A stretch of DNA of 64,000 bases from Clostridiales bacterium (lineage in GTDB: Bacteria > Bacillota > Clostridia > Oscillospirales > QAKW01), in assembly GCA_003343605.1 (NCBI GenBank), contig QAKW01000071.1, positions 356 through 64,355 on the forward strand, read 5' to 3'. Positions 53,404-61,861 of the stretch are shown piece after piece (the stretch's first letter is position 1; each line of letters starts with the position of its first letter). Made by a program: the position numbers and the translations under genes. The notes below the pieces were generated by a model. That model had not been told where the DNA came from, did no database searches, and saw nothing but the letters and a program-made list of their open reading frames with translations.

Positions 53404-54201
53404 TCAAGATTTGCCGGGCTGTATCAGACGTTCCTGCCGGCGGTTGTAGAAAAGGCCCGTAAGGAGCAGCAGGGCGCCCGCCGCCAGCAGCACGAACCCC
53501 AGAATCTGAAATACCAGAATAGAGGATTTCAGGGTAGTGCTGTAATAAAGGCTGCATCCGCCGCCCAGCAGGCTGGTGAGGCCGAAAACCGGAAAGGCGC
53601 TGGCGCCGAATGAAAGCCGCCGCAGCTCTTTCGGCGCATGCCCGGGCAATAAATTCATGCGGGAAAAAACCGGGATCAGCAGAGAAAACAGCGCGGCAAG
53701 CGCCAAGACCTCCAGCGGGAGGAGCAGGCTGTTTTTCACCAGGCTTTTCAGCAGATAAAAAAGATACCCCTTGCCGAAAAGGATCTGGCTCCAGAGAGAA
53801 CCCATCAGCACATTCACCAGAAAATTCACCAGGAATTTACTGCCGAAAAGCCGCAGAACCGTAATCTTCCGGCGGTATAAAAAGGCACTGTAAATCAGCG
53901 CGCCCACCATTTCGCTGAGCATGTAGCCCGGAAAATAGGGGCCGCTGGGGAAGAGAAAGAAGTTCAGCGTATCGGTAACCGCGGCAACCAAAACCCCTAA
54001 AACAGGGCCGTAAACCGCGCAGCCCACTGCGGTGATAAAAAATGTGAAGTAGACCCGCAGGTTTTCGCCAACGGTAACGTACAGTGCGCCCACCACAACG
54101 CTCAGCGCGCAAATCAGCGCCGCGAAAATCAGGCGTTTGAGGCTTTTCAGCTCCTTGCATGCCGCCTTCCAGTAGGCGGGTGAAAAAATCGATTCCTGCA
54201 T
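53404..54201 (-). CDS. folT: folate-family ECF transporter S component (FolT-like) with extra C-terminal TM helices
   Basis: ATG 54201 lies 6 nt after GGGAGGA. The protein is polytopic and sits directly behind a THF riboswitch. The track N-terminal 45 aa are riboswitch sequence. Confidence 0.75.
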   Translation of the reverse strand: MQESIFSPAYWKAACKELKSLKRLIFAALICALSVVVGALYVTVGENLRVYFTFFITAVGCAVYGPVLGVLVAAVTDTLNFFLFPSGPYFPGYMLSEMVGALIYSAFLYRRKITVLRLFGSKFLVNFLVNVLMGSLWSQILFGKGYLFYLLKSLVKNSLLLPLEVLALAALFSLLIPVFSRMNLLPGHAPKELRRLSFGASAFPVFGLTSLLGGGCSLYYSTTLKSSILVFQILGFVLLAAGALLLLTGLFYNRRQERLIQPGKS

Positions 54202-54256
54202 AAAAAATCCTCCCATATCGGCATTGTTGCCACATAGAGGAGGAACTCCGGTATGC

Positions 54257-54361
54257 GGCAGCGGGATGCGGAAACCACACGGCAAAAGGATGTATCCTTT
54301 TTTCGTTCCGAAGGCAACTCCCCGTCCTTCAGACACTTAACCCGCAGCTTCCTACTCTGCC
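54257..54361 (-). promoter_or_regulatory. THF (tetrahydrofolate) riboswitch
   Basis: The minus strand reads GGCAGAGTAGGAAGCTGCGGGTTAAGTGTCTGAAGGACGGGGAGTTGCCTTCGGAACGAAAAAAGGATACATCCTTTTGCCGTGTGGTTTCCGCATCCCGCTGCC. AGAGTAG, GCGxGTTAAGTG, ACGAA and CGCATCCxGCT are the conserved THF-I blocks. Downstream, TCCTCC can pair with the RBS GGAGGA. Confidence 0.8.
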
Positions 54362-54429
54362 TTTATTTATTTTGAGCAGTGATATTTTAACACAGCCCGC
54401 CTGAAAAAGCAAGCATTTTTCCGATCGAT

Positions 54430-54984
54430 TTAGGCGCCACCGGGATCCGGCGGCGCAAAGTGCTTCAAGATCTCCTGCGCGGATTGCTCCGGCGTTTGCT
54501 CCGAAGTATCCAGCCAGAAGCCGATTTTGGGCGTTTCTCTCAAAAACGCCTCATAGAGGCGCTCAACGGTTATGCCGGTATAACCAACCTTCCCGCGCAG
54601 CCGCTCTCTTTTTTGCACCACTGCCGCATTCGGGCACAAAACCACAACCCAAACCGGATAACCTTCCAATAAAGAAAGGATCCGGGTCAGCTCCGCGCCG
54701 TAATAATTATCCTGCAAAACAACGGTAAATCCGGCATCAAAATAGGTTTTGGCCGCTTCGGCGGCCAAACGGTAGCGCAGATGCAGCTGGCGGACCGCTT
54801 CATCTGAAGGATTCACCGAAATTTCAGCGCGCCCCGAAACAATCATGCGGCGGAATATATCTCCGCGCAGGTGCACCGCCTTTGTGAGCCCGGCGGCCAG
54901 AATCTCCGCCACGGTTGATTTGCCGGAGGCCATTACGCCGGTGATCAAATAAAAATGGGGCAAACCCATCCACCTTCTTTCCAT
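54430..54984 (-). CDS. P-loop NTPase/kinase (AAA_33-like), function unknown
   Basis: Walker A ITGVMASGKST. It is small (about 180 aa) with a kinase-like layout. The start is either 54984 or 54969. Confidence 0.6.
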   Translation of the reverse strand: MERRWMGLPHFYLITGVMASGKSTVAEILAAGLTKAVHLRGDIFRRMIVSGRAEISVNPSDEAVRQLHLRYRLAAEAAKTYFDAGFTVVLQDNYYGAELTRILSLLEGYPVWVVVLCPNAAVVQKRERLRGKVGYTGITVERLYEAFLRETPKIGFWLDTSEQTPEQSAQEILKHFAPPDPGGA

Positions 54985-55142
54985 TGCGTTTCTTTACAAT
55001 ATATGAAAGCGGGTTTCTCCCAATACCGTTCAAATGGATGCAATTATTATAAAAAAGATATTTTAGCGTGTTCGGCAGAGGGATTTGCCCCCTCGTGACG
55101 CGCAAAAAGATAAGCCGGAGCAAAGCGAACTTTGCTCCGGCG

Positions 55143-55231
55143 TGGCGGAGGAAAAGGGATTCGAACCCTTGTGGGATTGCTCCCAAACGGTTTTCAAGAC
55201 CGCCTCGTTATGACCGCTTCGATATCCCTCC
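55143..55231 (-). tRNA. tRNA-Ser (anticodon UGA), CCA encoded
   Basis: GGAGGGATATCGAAGCGGTCATAACGAGGCGGTCTTGAAAACCGTTTGGGAGCAATCCCACAAGGGTTCGAATCCCTTTTCCTCCGCCA. It has an acceptor stem, anticodon loop CT-TGA-AA, a long variable arm and a GTTCGAATC T-loop. Confidence 0.92.
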
Positions 55232-55244
55232 GGGTTCGTTCCTC

Positions 55245-55273
55245 ATTATAAAGGCTGAGAGCGAAACTGTCAA
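55245..55273 (-). promoter_or_regulatory. consensus promoter TTGACA-17-TATAAT for tRNA-Ser
   Basis: The minus strand reads TTGACAgtttcgctctcagccttTATAAT, ending 13 nt before the tRNA 5-prime end. Confidence 0.7.
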
Positions 55274-55299
55274 GAAAAAATCCAAAACCGGCCGGCAAA

Positions 55300-55641
55300 T
55301 CAGCGCTCTGCACTGCCCGCCTGCATTTTTAATTGGGTATCCAGCAGATCTTTGGCAGTTTTGATCAGATAGTCCTGCAGCACGGGAGAAAGCTCATCAA
55401 AAATTTCAAAGAATTCCTTCTGTTTTTTTTCATTTTCCAAAAACATGTTTCCACACCCGGTCCGCAGCCAGTTTTCATTGACACAAAACTGTGTACAGAT
55501 CGTTTTAATGTTCTGCTCTGTAACGGTGGAGCCGCTTTTTTCCATATAGCTGATAGCGTTTTGCTTCAGCCCGATTCTTTCCGCAAAGTTTTTTTGGCTG
55601 AGGCCAAGCGCTTTTCTCAATGCGCGAATACGATTGTTCAT
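55300..55641 (-). CDS. XRE family HTH transcriptional regulator
   Basis: MNNRIRALRKALGLSQKNFAERIGLKQNAISYMEKSGS. RBS GGAGGTG is present. The track N-terminal extension was rejected. Confidence 0.85.
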   Translation of the reverse strand: MNNRIRALRKALGLSQKNFAERIGLKQNAISYMEKSGSTVTEQNIKTICTQFCVNENWLRTGCGNMFLENEKKQKEFFEIFDELSPVLQDYLIKTAKDLLDTQLKMQAGSAER

Positions 55642-55703
55642 GGGCAGCACCTCCAGTTTCATAATATCAATGAATGATAAAAAAGTCAAGCAGAACAGCA
55701 AAA

Positions 55704-55727
55704 AATTATTGACAATAATCAATAATT
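55704..55727. promoter_or_regulatory. perfect 9-bp inverted repeat AATTATTGA-N6-TCAATAATT overlapping a -35 (TTGACA 55709-55714; -10 TAAAGT 55732-55737)
   Basis: Lies in the divergent region between the XRE gene and a small plus-strand ORF. This is typical operator geometry. Confidence 0.5.
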
Positions 55728-55780
55728 AATGTAAAGTTAAATTATAAAATCAACAATAGATAAAAAGGAGGCTGTATCAA

Positions 55781-55927
55781 TTGGAAAATAAAAATATGGA
55801 TATGCAGGCCATTTTCAGCGCACTTTCAGAGCAAAACAAAGACGTAGTGCTTCTGATCGCCAAAAGTGTAAAAATTGCCCAGGAAGTTTCCGAGCAGCCG
55901 CGCAGGCCCCCGAAGCAAACCGGCTGA
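55781..55927 (+). CDS. hypothetical 48-aa protein (below the ORF-track cutoff)
   Basis: RBS AAAGGAGG lies 8 nt before TTG. Translation is MENKNMDMQAIFSALSEQNKDVVLLIAKSVKIAQEVSEQPRRPPKQTG. No recognisable family. Confidence 0.35.
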   Translation: MENKNMDMQAIFSALSEQNKDVVLLIAKSVKIAQEVSEQPRRPPKQTG

Positions 55928-56000
55928 CGCTGTAAAAAAATATTTTCTATTGTATTTTCTTGTTATTATGCTAAAATATAATTCAAAGAGGGTGATCAAT

Positions 56001-59000
56001 TTGAATAAAATAACAAGTAAAGCCTGTATATTAACCATGATTTTAACGCTTTTTTCCACATTTATACTGCCTTCACACGCGGCGCCGGCGGCTGAATACG
56101 AGAACCGCTATGATATTTCAACTGCGCGCAACTGCTATGTGAGGGAGGATGGCACGGAAGTATCGAGCGCAAATTTCTTTACTTCGGATTATATCCCGGT
56201 TTCACCCGGAGAAACGCTTTATCTGGGGCCGTGCGATCCCGCGCAGGGCTATCAGTTCGCCGTTTTTGACGCGGCGAAAAACGGCCTGGGCCTGATGAAG
56301 AGCGCCGATTGCGAAACAGTTGCCGGCCTATCCGGCGGCGGCGCAATCCTTTCCTATGTGGTTCCGGAACAGGCGGCTTATATCCGGATGTCGGCCGCCG
56401 TGGTTTATGCCCGCTGGTTTCTGCTTACCCGGGATCAGCCGTTTGATGAAGAGAGCCTGCTGCGGGCGGTTACCGCCGGAGGCGCGGCGATCGCAAGCAA
56501 TCTTTACGATAAAACAACAGCCGATTACGGATATCGGAATGCCGATCATTCGGTTACGTCCTCTGCCAGCCACTGGTCTTCCAAAGAGTTTGCCGTTGCG
56601 GCCAACGACACGATTTTTTTCGGCCCCTGCAATGAAAACCAGAACTTTCAGTTATACGCCTGGAATACGGCCGGTACGGCGAGCAAGGTTAACGCCTCCG
56701 GCCTGAAGATCGTGGACCGGTTTGATAACGGTCAGGTCATTTATGCCTATCGCTGCCTTAGCGACGGCACTGTTTCGCTGGTTAATGCCTCGGCTTATAA
56801 CGATTACTACCTGGCAACGAAGAACCAACCGCTGACGGTTCAATTATATTATAACTATTGGGATAGCCGGGAAAACGCCAACTGCTATTTCCCTACTCTG
56901 GATAAGACCGGCGCCTATCTGAACAACGACGGCAGTTATACCGATTATGCGAACCATAGCTGCTCCCACTATATTGCCGTGCAGGAAGGCGATACCCTGA
57001 CCTTCGGGCCCGCGGTTGCCGGCCAGGGCTACCATGCCATGGGCTTCGACGCCGAAAAAACGGCTGTCACCGGCAAGGTGACCGCTTCCGCCCTGGAGAG
57101 TACCGATACATTCAGCGACGGAAGAATGCTTTATACCTATACGGTTCCCGCCGGAATTTCCTATGTAAGGGTCGTTAACAGCACTTCTTACAAAAGCAGC
57201 TTTGTAATCTTCAAAAACAATCCGATTACGGTGGAAGATTATAATAATTATATGGGAATCCAGGTGGATCCCTCCTCTCCCCTTTACCGGAAAACAGCCC
57301 TCTTCGTAGGTGATTCGATCTGCTACGGATCCCAGGATGATGCCAGCAACCGCCTGGCGTGGGCGGGCAGAATTGCGCAGCGCTATGGGATGTCCCGCAC
57401 CAACAACGCTGCTGTCAGCGGTACATCGCTTTCTACTGCCAGAGCAGAGCGGCAGGGCAAGATTGTATTGCAGCTGGCCCAATACAGCGGATGGCATTAC
57501 GACTACGTGATTCTGCACGGCGGCGTAAACGATGCATGGGATTCCTTCCCCGTTGGGGAGGTGAGCGATTCCTTTGATCCGGCGGATTTTGATCTGAGCA
57601 CCTATGCCGGCGGCCTGGAGGAGCTGATCTATACCGCGGTGAAATACTATGGAAAAACCGCCGCCATCGGCTATCTGATGAATTTTAAGGCGCCCGGCTG
57701 CTCCACCGGCAATATCAGCGATATGAGCGCATACTTTGCGGTCGGCAAGCAGATCTGTGAAAAATGGGGAATCGCCTATTACGATATGTATAACAGTGAG
57801 GAGATCTCTGAAGCGCTGAAGGTCACCACCAACACCTATCTGCCCGATTACATCCATCTGAATGCTGCCGGCTACGATATTATTGCGCCCTACATCGGCG
57901 CATGGATGGAGACGCTTGAGCCCTACGATTCCTCTGTTGAAGAGCATGAAAAAACAGTGATCGCCTGCGTGGGTGATTCCATTACAAAAGGCGAGATGAG
58001 CAACGATGTTAACCGCTTCAGCTATCCGGCTCAGCTGCAGGATCTGATCGGTGATGATTATGAAGTGCTGAACCTGGGTTGGGGCGGGGCGACCGCTCAG
58101 ACCGGCACCGGCAATCCCTTCAAGGGCACCTATCAGTATAAGCAGAGCCTGGAGGCGGATCCGGATATTGTGGTGATGATGTTTGGCCATAACGATACAA
58201 AGGCGGCCAACTGGGATACCAGCAATCATGAGGCTTCTAAAGCGAAGTTTAAGGCACATCTGACAGAACTGGTGCAGGAATATCAGAATATGCCTTCTCA
58301 GCCTACGGTTTATATTGCAACGCCTGCTTGGGCGCAAGGTCCGCTTTCTGTTTTCAATAACGGCATGCTGGACGCGATCCGGGAAGTGGCGCAAGAGCAA
58401 AACTGCACGCTGATTGATGTGCATGCCGCCACCTTTGAGCGCAGCGACTTGCTTGCCTCCGATGCCGTGCACTTTACCGATGAGGGCTATGCGTTGATTG
58501 CCGAAACCGTTCGGGAAGGTCTGGGACTTAACAAAGCAGAGAAAAAGGAAGTAGAGATTCCCGATAATGTAAATCCCGAACGGCCGGTTATGCGCGCCTA
58601 TTCCCAATATCCCGAAGCCGGCGCCTATGCGCTGGAAACGGTGGAGGATGTAGAGATCTTCGGTGATCTGATTGCCTCCGGCGTCACCTTTAAGAACAAA
58701 ACCGTCTATTTAATGAATGATCTGGATTTCAGCGGCAAGAACTTCAGACCGCTGGGCTCCAGCACCGGTGTGACGGCCGCCAACCGGATCCTTTATGATC
58801 ATGCCTTTCAGGGAACCTTTAACGGGAATGGGCACACGTTCTCCAATGTTTATATCTCTTCCATGTGGTGGGATACTGCGCTTTTCCCTGTCACCTACGG
58901 CGCTGTGATTCAGAATTTCGGCCTGGCCAGCGGCAGAATTGAGGGGCTGGACATTACCGCCTCCATTGTGGGCTACGGCGATGGCGGCACCGTGCTTGAA

Positions 59001-59633
59001 AACGTCTGGTCCGCTGCGGATGTCTACAGTGCGCGCACAGCTGACGGCGCGGCCGGGATCGCCGCCAATATGCGGAACGGGGGAACCATGACCAATGTAG
59101 CCTATTACGGAACGGTCAGCGGCAATATGAATATTGCGGGTTTGTGCTCCTGGGGGCAGAGCGGCAATACCGCCCTGGTGATGCGCAACTGTGTGTTTGC
59201 CGGGAGGCTGGATTTGCTCAACGTAAAATCCACCAACTATCGCTCCTATACCTTCGGCCGCTACGGCGCCACGGTTTCCGTAAATGAGAATCTTTTTGGC
59301 GTCATCGGCCGGGAGGGCACCACCAGTGTGGATACGGCCGTTCCCGTGCTGCTCGATGAAACGGCCTATTCCGATGGCACTGCCGCCGCCCTGCTGAATG
59401 CCTGTGAAGGCGCGCGGTGGGTGGTGCGCGAAGGGCGAACGGTACCGGGCGCCGGCATCCTCCGCGGCGATGCAGACGGCGACGGCCTGGTATCCACGGC
59501 AGACGCGGTCCGGCTGATGCGGTATCTCAACGGGCATACGGTAGAGCTCAACGCCGCCAATGCCGATTTCAACGGCGATGGAAGACTTTCTATTGCCGAT
59601 GCAGTTGCGATTCTGCGGCAGCTCGCCGCATAA
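56001..59633 (+). CDS. secreted multidomain protein: 3 unassigned ~125-aa repeats, 2 SGNH/GDSL esterase domains, a beta-helix-like region and a type I dockerin
   Basis: TTG 56001 lies 7 nt after AAAGAGGGTG. Signal peptide is ...FILPSHA/APAAEY. SGNH blocks are FVGDSICYG/GGVNDAWD/DYIHLN and CVGDSITKG/MFGHNDTK/DAVHFTDEGY. The dockerin is DADGDGLVSTADAVRLMRYL...DFNGDGRLSIADAVAILRQL. Confidence 0.85.
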   Translation: MNKITSKACILTMILTLFSTFILPSHAAPAAEYENRYDISTARNCYVREDGTEVSSANFFTSDYIPVSPGETLYLGPCDPAQGYQFAVFDAAKNGLGLMKSADCETVAGLSGGGAILSYVVPEQAAYIRMSAAVVYARWFLLTRDQPFDEESLLRAVTAGGAAIASNLYDKTTADYGYRNADHSVTSSASHWSSKEFAVAANDTIFFGPCNENQNFQLYAWNTAGTASKVNASGLKIVDRFDNGQVIYAYRCLSDGTVSLVNASAYNDYYLATKNQPLTVQLYYNYWDSRENANCYFPTLDKTGAYLNNDGSYTDYANHSCSHYIAVQEGDTLTFGPAVAGQGYHAMGFDAEKTAVTGKVTASALESTDTFSDGRMLYTYTVPAGISYVRVVNSTSYKSSFVIFKNNPITVEDYNNYMGIQVDPSSPLYRKTALFVGDSICYGSQDDASNRLAWAGRIAQRYGMSRTNNAAVSGTSLSTARAERQGKIVLQLAQYSGWHYDYVILHGGVNDAWDSFPVGEVSDSFDPADFDLSTYAGGLEELIYTAVKYYGKTAAIGYLMNFKAPGCSTGNISDMSAYFAVGKQICEKWGIAYYDMYNSEEISEALKVTTNTYLPDYIHLNAAGYDIIAPYIGAWMETLEPYDSSVEEHEKTVIACVGDSITKGEMSNDVNRFSYPAQLQDLIGDDYEVLNLGWGGATAQTGTGNPFKGTYQYKQSLEADPDIVVMMFGHNDTKAANWDTSNHEASKAKFKAHLTELVQEYQNMPSQPTVYIATPAWAQGPLSVFNNGMLDAIREVAQEQNCTLIDVHAATFERSDLLASDAVHFTDEGYALIAETVREGLGLNKAEKKEVEIPDNVNPERPVMRAYSQYPEAGAYALETVEDVEIFGDLIASGVTFKNKTVYLMNDLDFSGKNFRPLGSSTGVTAANRILYDHAFQGTFNGNGHTFSNVYISSMWWDTALFPVTYGAVIQNFGLASGRIEGLDITASIVGYGDGGTVLENVWSAADVYSARTADGAAGIAANMRNGGTMTNVAYYGTVSGNMNIAGLCSWGQSGNTALVMRNCVFAGRLDLLNVKSTNYRSYTFGRYGATVSVNENLFGVIGREGTTSVDTAVPVLLDETAYSDGTAAALLNACEGARWVVREGRTVPGAGILRGDADGDGLVSTADAVRLMRYLNGHTVELNAANADFNGDGRLSIADAVAILRQLAA

Positions 59634-59641
59634 AATAAAAG

Positions 59642-59675
59642 AACGGCGTCTATCCTAGGATAGACGCCGTTTTTC
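59642..59675 (+). terminator. intrinsic terminator
   Basis: ACGGCGTCTATC-ctag-GATAGACGCCGT followed by TTTTTC. Confidence 0.8.
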
Positions 59676-59724
59676 TGCATGCCGGCACGCCGGGCGGTTT
59701 CAGGAGCCGGCCTGCGCGGATCCT

Positions 59725-60420
59725 TTATTCACTGATGATCAGATCCACCTCATCCTGATGGCAGAGCGTATAGAAAAACGTTTTATGCAGCTTGCTTTTA
59801 TCACAGAGCAGAATTTTTTTTCTAGCCTGGCGGAACATCACCTGCCGGAGATGAACCTCTTCCATGGCAAGATCCGTGAGAAAGCCTTCGTCATTGAGGC
59901 CGTGGCAGGAAAAAAACAGCAAATCCGCGTTGATTCGGCGCACAAATTCTTCCGCCTGATGGCCAACAAAGGAAAGGGAATGATTGAGCAGCTGCCCGCC
60001 GGTGCAGAGCGTGGTGATATTCTGCTCGGCAAGTGCAACCGCTGTTTTGGCGCCGCTGGTTACCGCCACCAGATCCCGCCGCCCGGCCAGAAAGCGCACC
60101 ATGCGGGTCACGCTGGAGGAGCCGTCCATTAAAATAACCATGCCGTCGCGCACATGGGCGGCAGCCTGCTCCGCCATGCGGTCTTTGGCGCTGCGCTGGC
60201 TCTGCTCCCGGATGGTGAGCGGAATTTCCCGGTTTGCCGCGGTAAGGGGCATTGCGCCGCCGTAAACTTTTTTCAGCAGGCCGTTTTGTTCCATAGCGGT
60301 AAGATCCCGCCGGATCGTCGGCGCGCTGGCGTAAAGGGCCCGCACCAGCTCCTCAACCGTAGCGCCGCCCCGCTGCTCAATTATCTGAAGAATTTTTTGT
60401 TGCCGTTCCGCAATCAGCAT
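59725..60420 (-). CDS. DeoR/GlpR family transcriptional regulator
   Basis: ERQQKILQIIEQRGGATVEELVRALYASAPTIRRDLTAME is the HTH, followed by a DeoR C-terminal sensor domain. ATG 60420 has RBS AAGGTG. Confidence 0.85.
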   Translation of the reverse strand: MLIAERQQKILQIIEQRGGATVEELVRALYASAPTIRRDLTAMEQNGLLKKVYGGAMPLTAANREIPLTIREQSQRSAKDRMAEQAAAHVRDGMVILMDGSSSVTRMVRFLAGRRDLVAVTSGAKTAVALAEQNITTLCTGGQLLNHSLSFVGHQAEEFVRRINADLLFFSCHGLNDEGFLTDLAMEEVHLRQVMFRQARKKILLCDKSKLHKTFFYTLCHQDEVDLIISE

Positions 60421-60566
60421 ATGATTCACCTTGATTCTTTTTGATCGTGTTTTATTATTTTGATGATTTCTCTTCAATATTGCCGCCGGTAATTGACGAA
60501 AGATGATCATCTTGATATGATTTTAACATAAAGGATTCTATTTTTGCAAGAGGGAGCGATATATTT

Positions 60567-61820
60567 ATGAAAACAACAGCAGTACGGTTGTACGGTGCAA
60601 ACGATTTGCGTGTGGAAAATTTTGAGCTTCCGGAGATTGGCCCGCGGGAATGTCTGATGCGGGTCGTTTCGGATTCCATGTGCGCTTCTACCTATAAAGC
60701 GGTAATTCAGGGCGCGGCGCATAAGCGGGTGCCGGAGGATGTCGCCGAGCATCCCGTGATCATTGGGCATGAGATGTGCGGGGAACTGATCCAGGTCGGC
60801 GAAGCGCTGCGCGGCCAGTGGGAAGCCGGCCAGCGCGTTGTCATCCAGCCGGCCCTGAAACTGGAAAACGACCATGATCCGGGCTATTCCTATCCCTATA
60901 TCGGGGGCAATTCGCTTTATGCCGTTGTTCCTGAAATTGTGCTGGAACGGGGGTGCCTGGTGCCGTTTCGCGGTGATGCTTATTATAAAGGCTCGCTGGT
61001 GGAGGCGATCGGGTGCGTGCTGCGGGCGTTTAAAGGCATGTACCATACGGATTATACGGATTATTCCCGCACAGACGGCGTGAAAAAGGGCGGCCGGTGT
61101 GTGATTTTGGGCGGCGCCGGGCCGATGGGTCTGGCCGCCGTGGAACTGGCGGTTTCCTATGGAAAGTGCGCAACGGTCGTGGTGACCGATCTGAATCAGG
61201 AGCGGCTGGATTATGCGAAAAGCGTCTGCCCGCCCGAGCGGGCCGCAAAGGCCGGCTGCGCGCTGCATTTTGTGAACGTGGCCGGCTGCCCCGATCCGGT
61301 TTCGGTGCTGCGTGAACTGGCCGGCGGCGGGTTTGATGATGCATTCGTCATGGTGCCTTCTGCAGAATTGCTCACGCAGGCGGAGGAGCTTCTCGGCAAT
61401 GATGGCTGCCTTAATTTCTTTGCCGGGCCGCCGGTTCATCAACTGGCAGGCAGCCTGAATCTTTACCGGGTGCATTACGATGGCATTCATTTGCTGGGTA
61501 CGGCAGGGAGTATTCCGGAGGATACGGTGGATGTGATCCATCTGATGGAAGACGGCGTGCTGGATCCTTCCGGGATGGTTTCCCACATTATGGGGCTTCA
61601 TGCGGTTCCGGACGCGCTGTTTGCCATGAAAAAGCCGGACGGCGCCAAAAAGGTATGCTATAATGAACTGGATATTCCCTGCATCGCCCTGAAGGATCTG
61701 CCGGAATGGGGAAAGAAGGATCCGCTCTACCGCCGGCTTGCCGAGCTGGTGGAAGCCAATCAGGGGAGATGGTCTCCCGCGGCGGAAGCGTATCTGCTGG
61801 AAAACGCGCCCCGCATCTGA
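60567..61820 (+). CDS. zinc-dependent MDR dehydrogenase (sorbose-1-phosphate reductase-like)
   Basis: GHEMCGE motif, GGAGPMG Rossmann motif, 417 aa. It is divergent from the DeoR regulator. Confidence 0.8.
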   Translation: MKTTAVRLYGANDLRVENFELPEIGPRECLMRVVSDSMCASTYKAVIQGAAHKRVPEDVAEHPVIIGHEMCGELIQVGEALRGQWEAGQRVVIQPALKLENDHDPGYSYPYIGGNSLYAVVPEIVLERGCLVPFRGDAYYKGSLVEAIGCVLRAFKGMYHTDYTDYSRTDGVKKGGRCVILGGAGPMGLAAVELAVSYGKCATVVVTDLNQERLDYAKSVCPPERAAKAGCALHFVNVAGCPDPVSVLRELAGGGFDDAFVMVPSAELLTQAEELLGNDGCLNFFAGPPVHQLAGSLNLYRVHYDGIHLLGTAGSIPEDTVDVIHLMEDGVLDPSGMVSHIMGLHAVPDALFAMKKPDGAKKVCYNELDIPCIALKDLPEWGKKDPLYRRLAELVEANQGRWSPAAEAYLLENAPRI

Positions 61821-61828
61821 AAAAAGCA

Positions 61829-61861
61829 GCCCCGCCGCCATGATGGCGGCGGGGCTTTTTT
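61829..61861. terminator. bidirectional terminator
   Basis: GCCCCGCCGCCA-tga-TGGCGGCGGGGC followed by TTTTTT. Confidence 0.8.

Noticed and set aside
54202-54336. N-terminal 45 codons of the 310-aa track ORF (MSEGRGVAFG...)
   Set aside because: This segment is the THF riboswitch and its expression platform. The RBS-supported start is ATG 54201.
54430-55300. Integrated mobile element at tRNA-Ser
   Set aside because: There is no integrase or recombinase on either side, and no direct repeat of the tRNA 3-prime end was detected in the window. The XRE gene lies on the 5-prime (promoter) side of the tRNA, which is not the usual integration side.
56844-58607. 587-aa antisense ORF inside the dockerin/SGNH gene
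   Set aside because: Same artefact. There are no recognisable domains and the composition is biased, while the sense frame has two complete SGNH domains.
60507-61841. 444-aa ORF on the minus strand fully overlapping the 417-aa dehydrogenase gene
   Set aside because: It is a mirror-frame artefact of GC-rich coding DNA. The translation is Arg/Pro/Gly/His-rich and low-complexity with no motifs and no RBS, while the plus-strand frame has clear MDR motifs (GHE, GGAGPMG).
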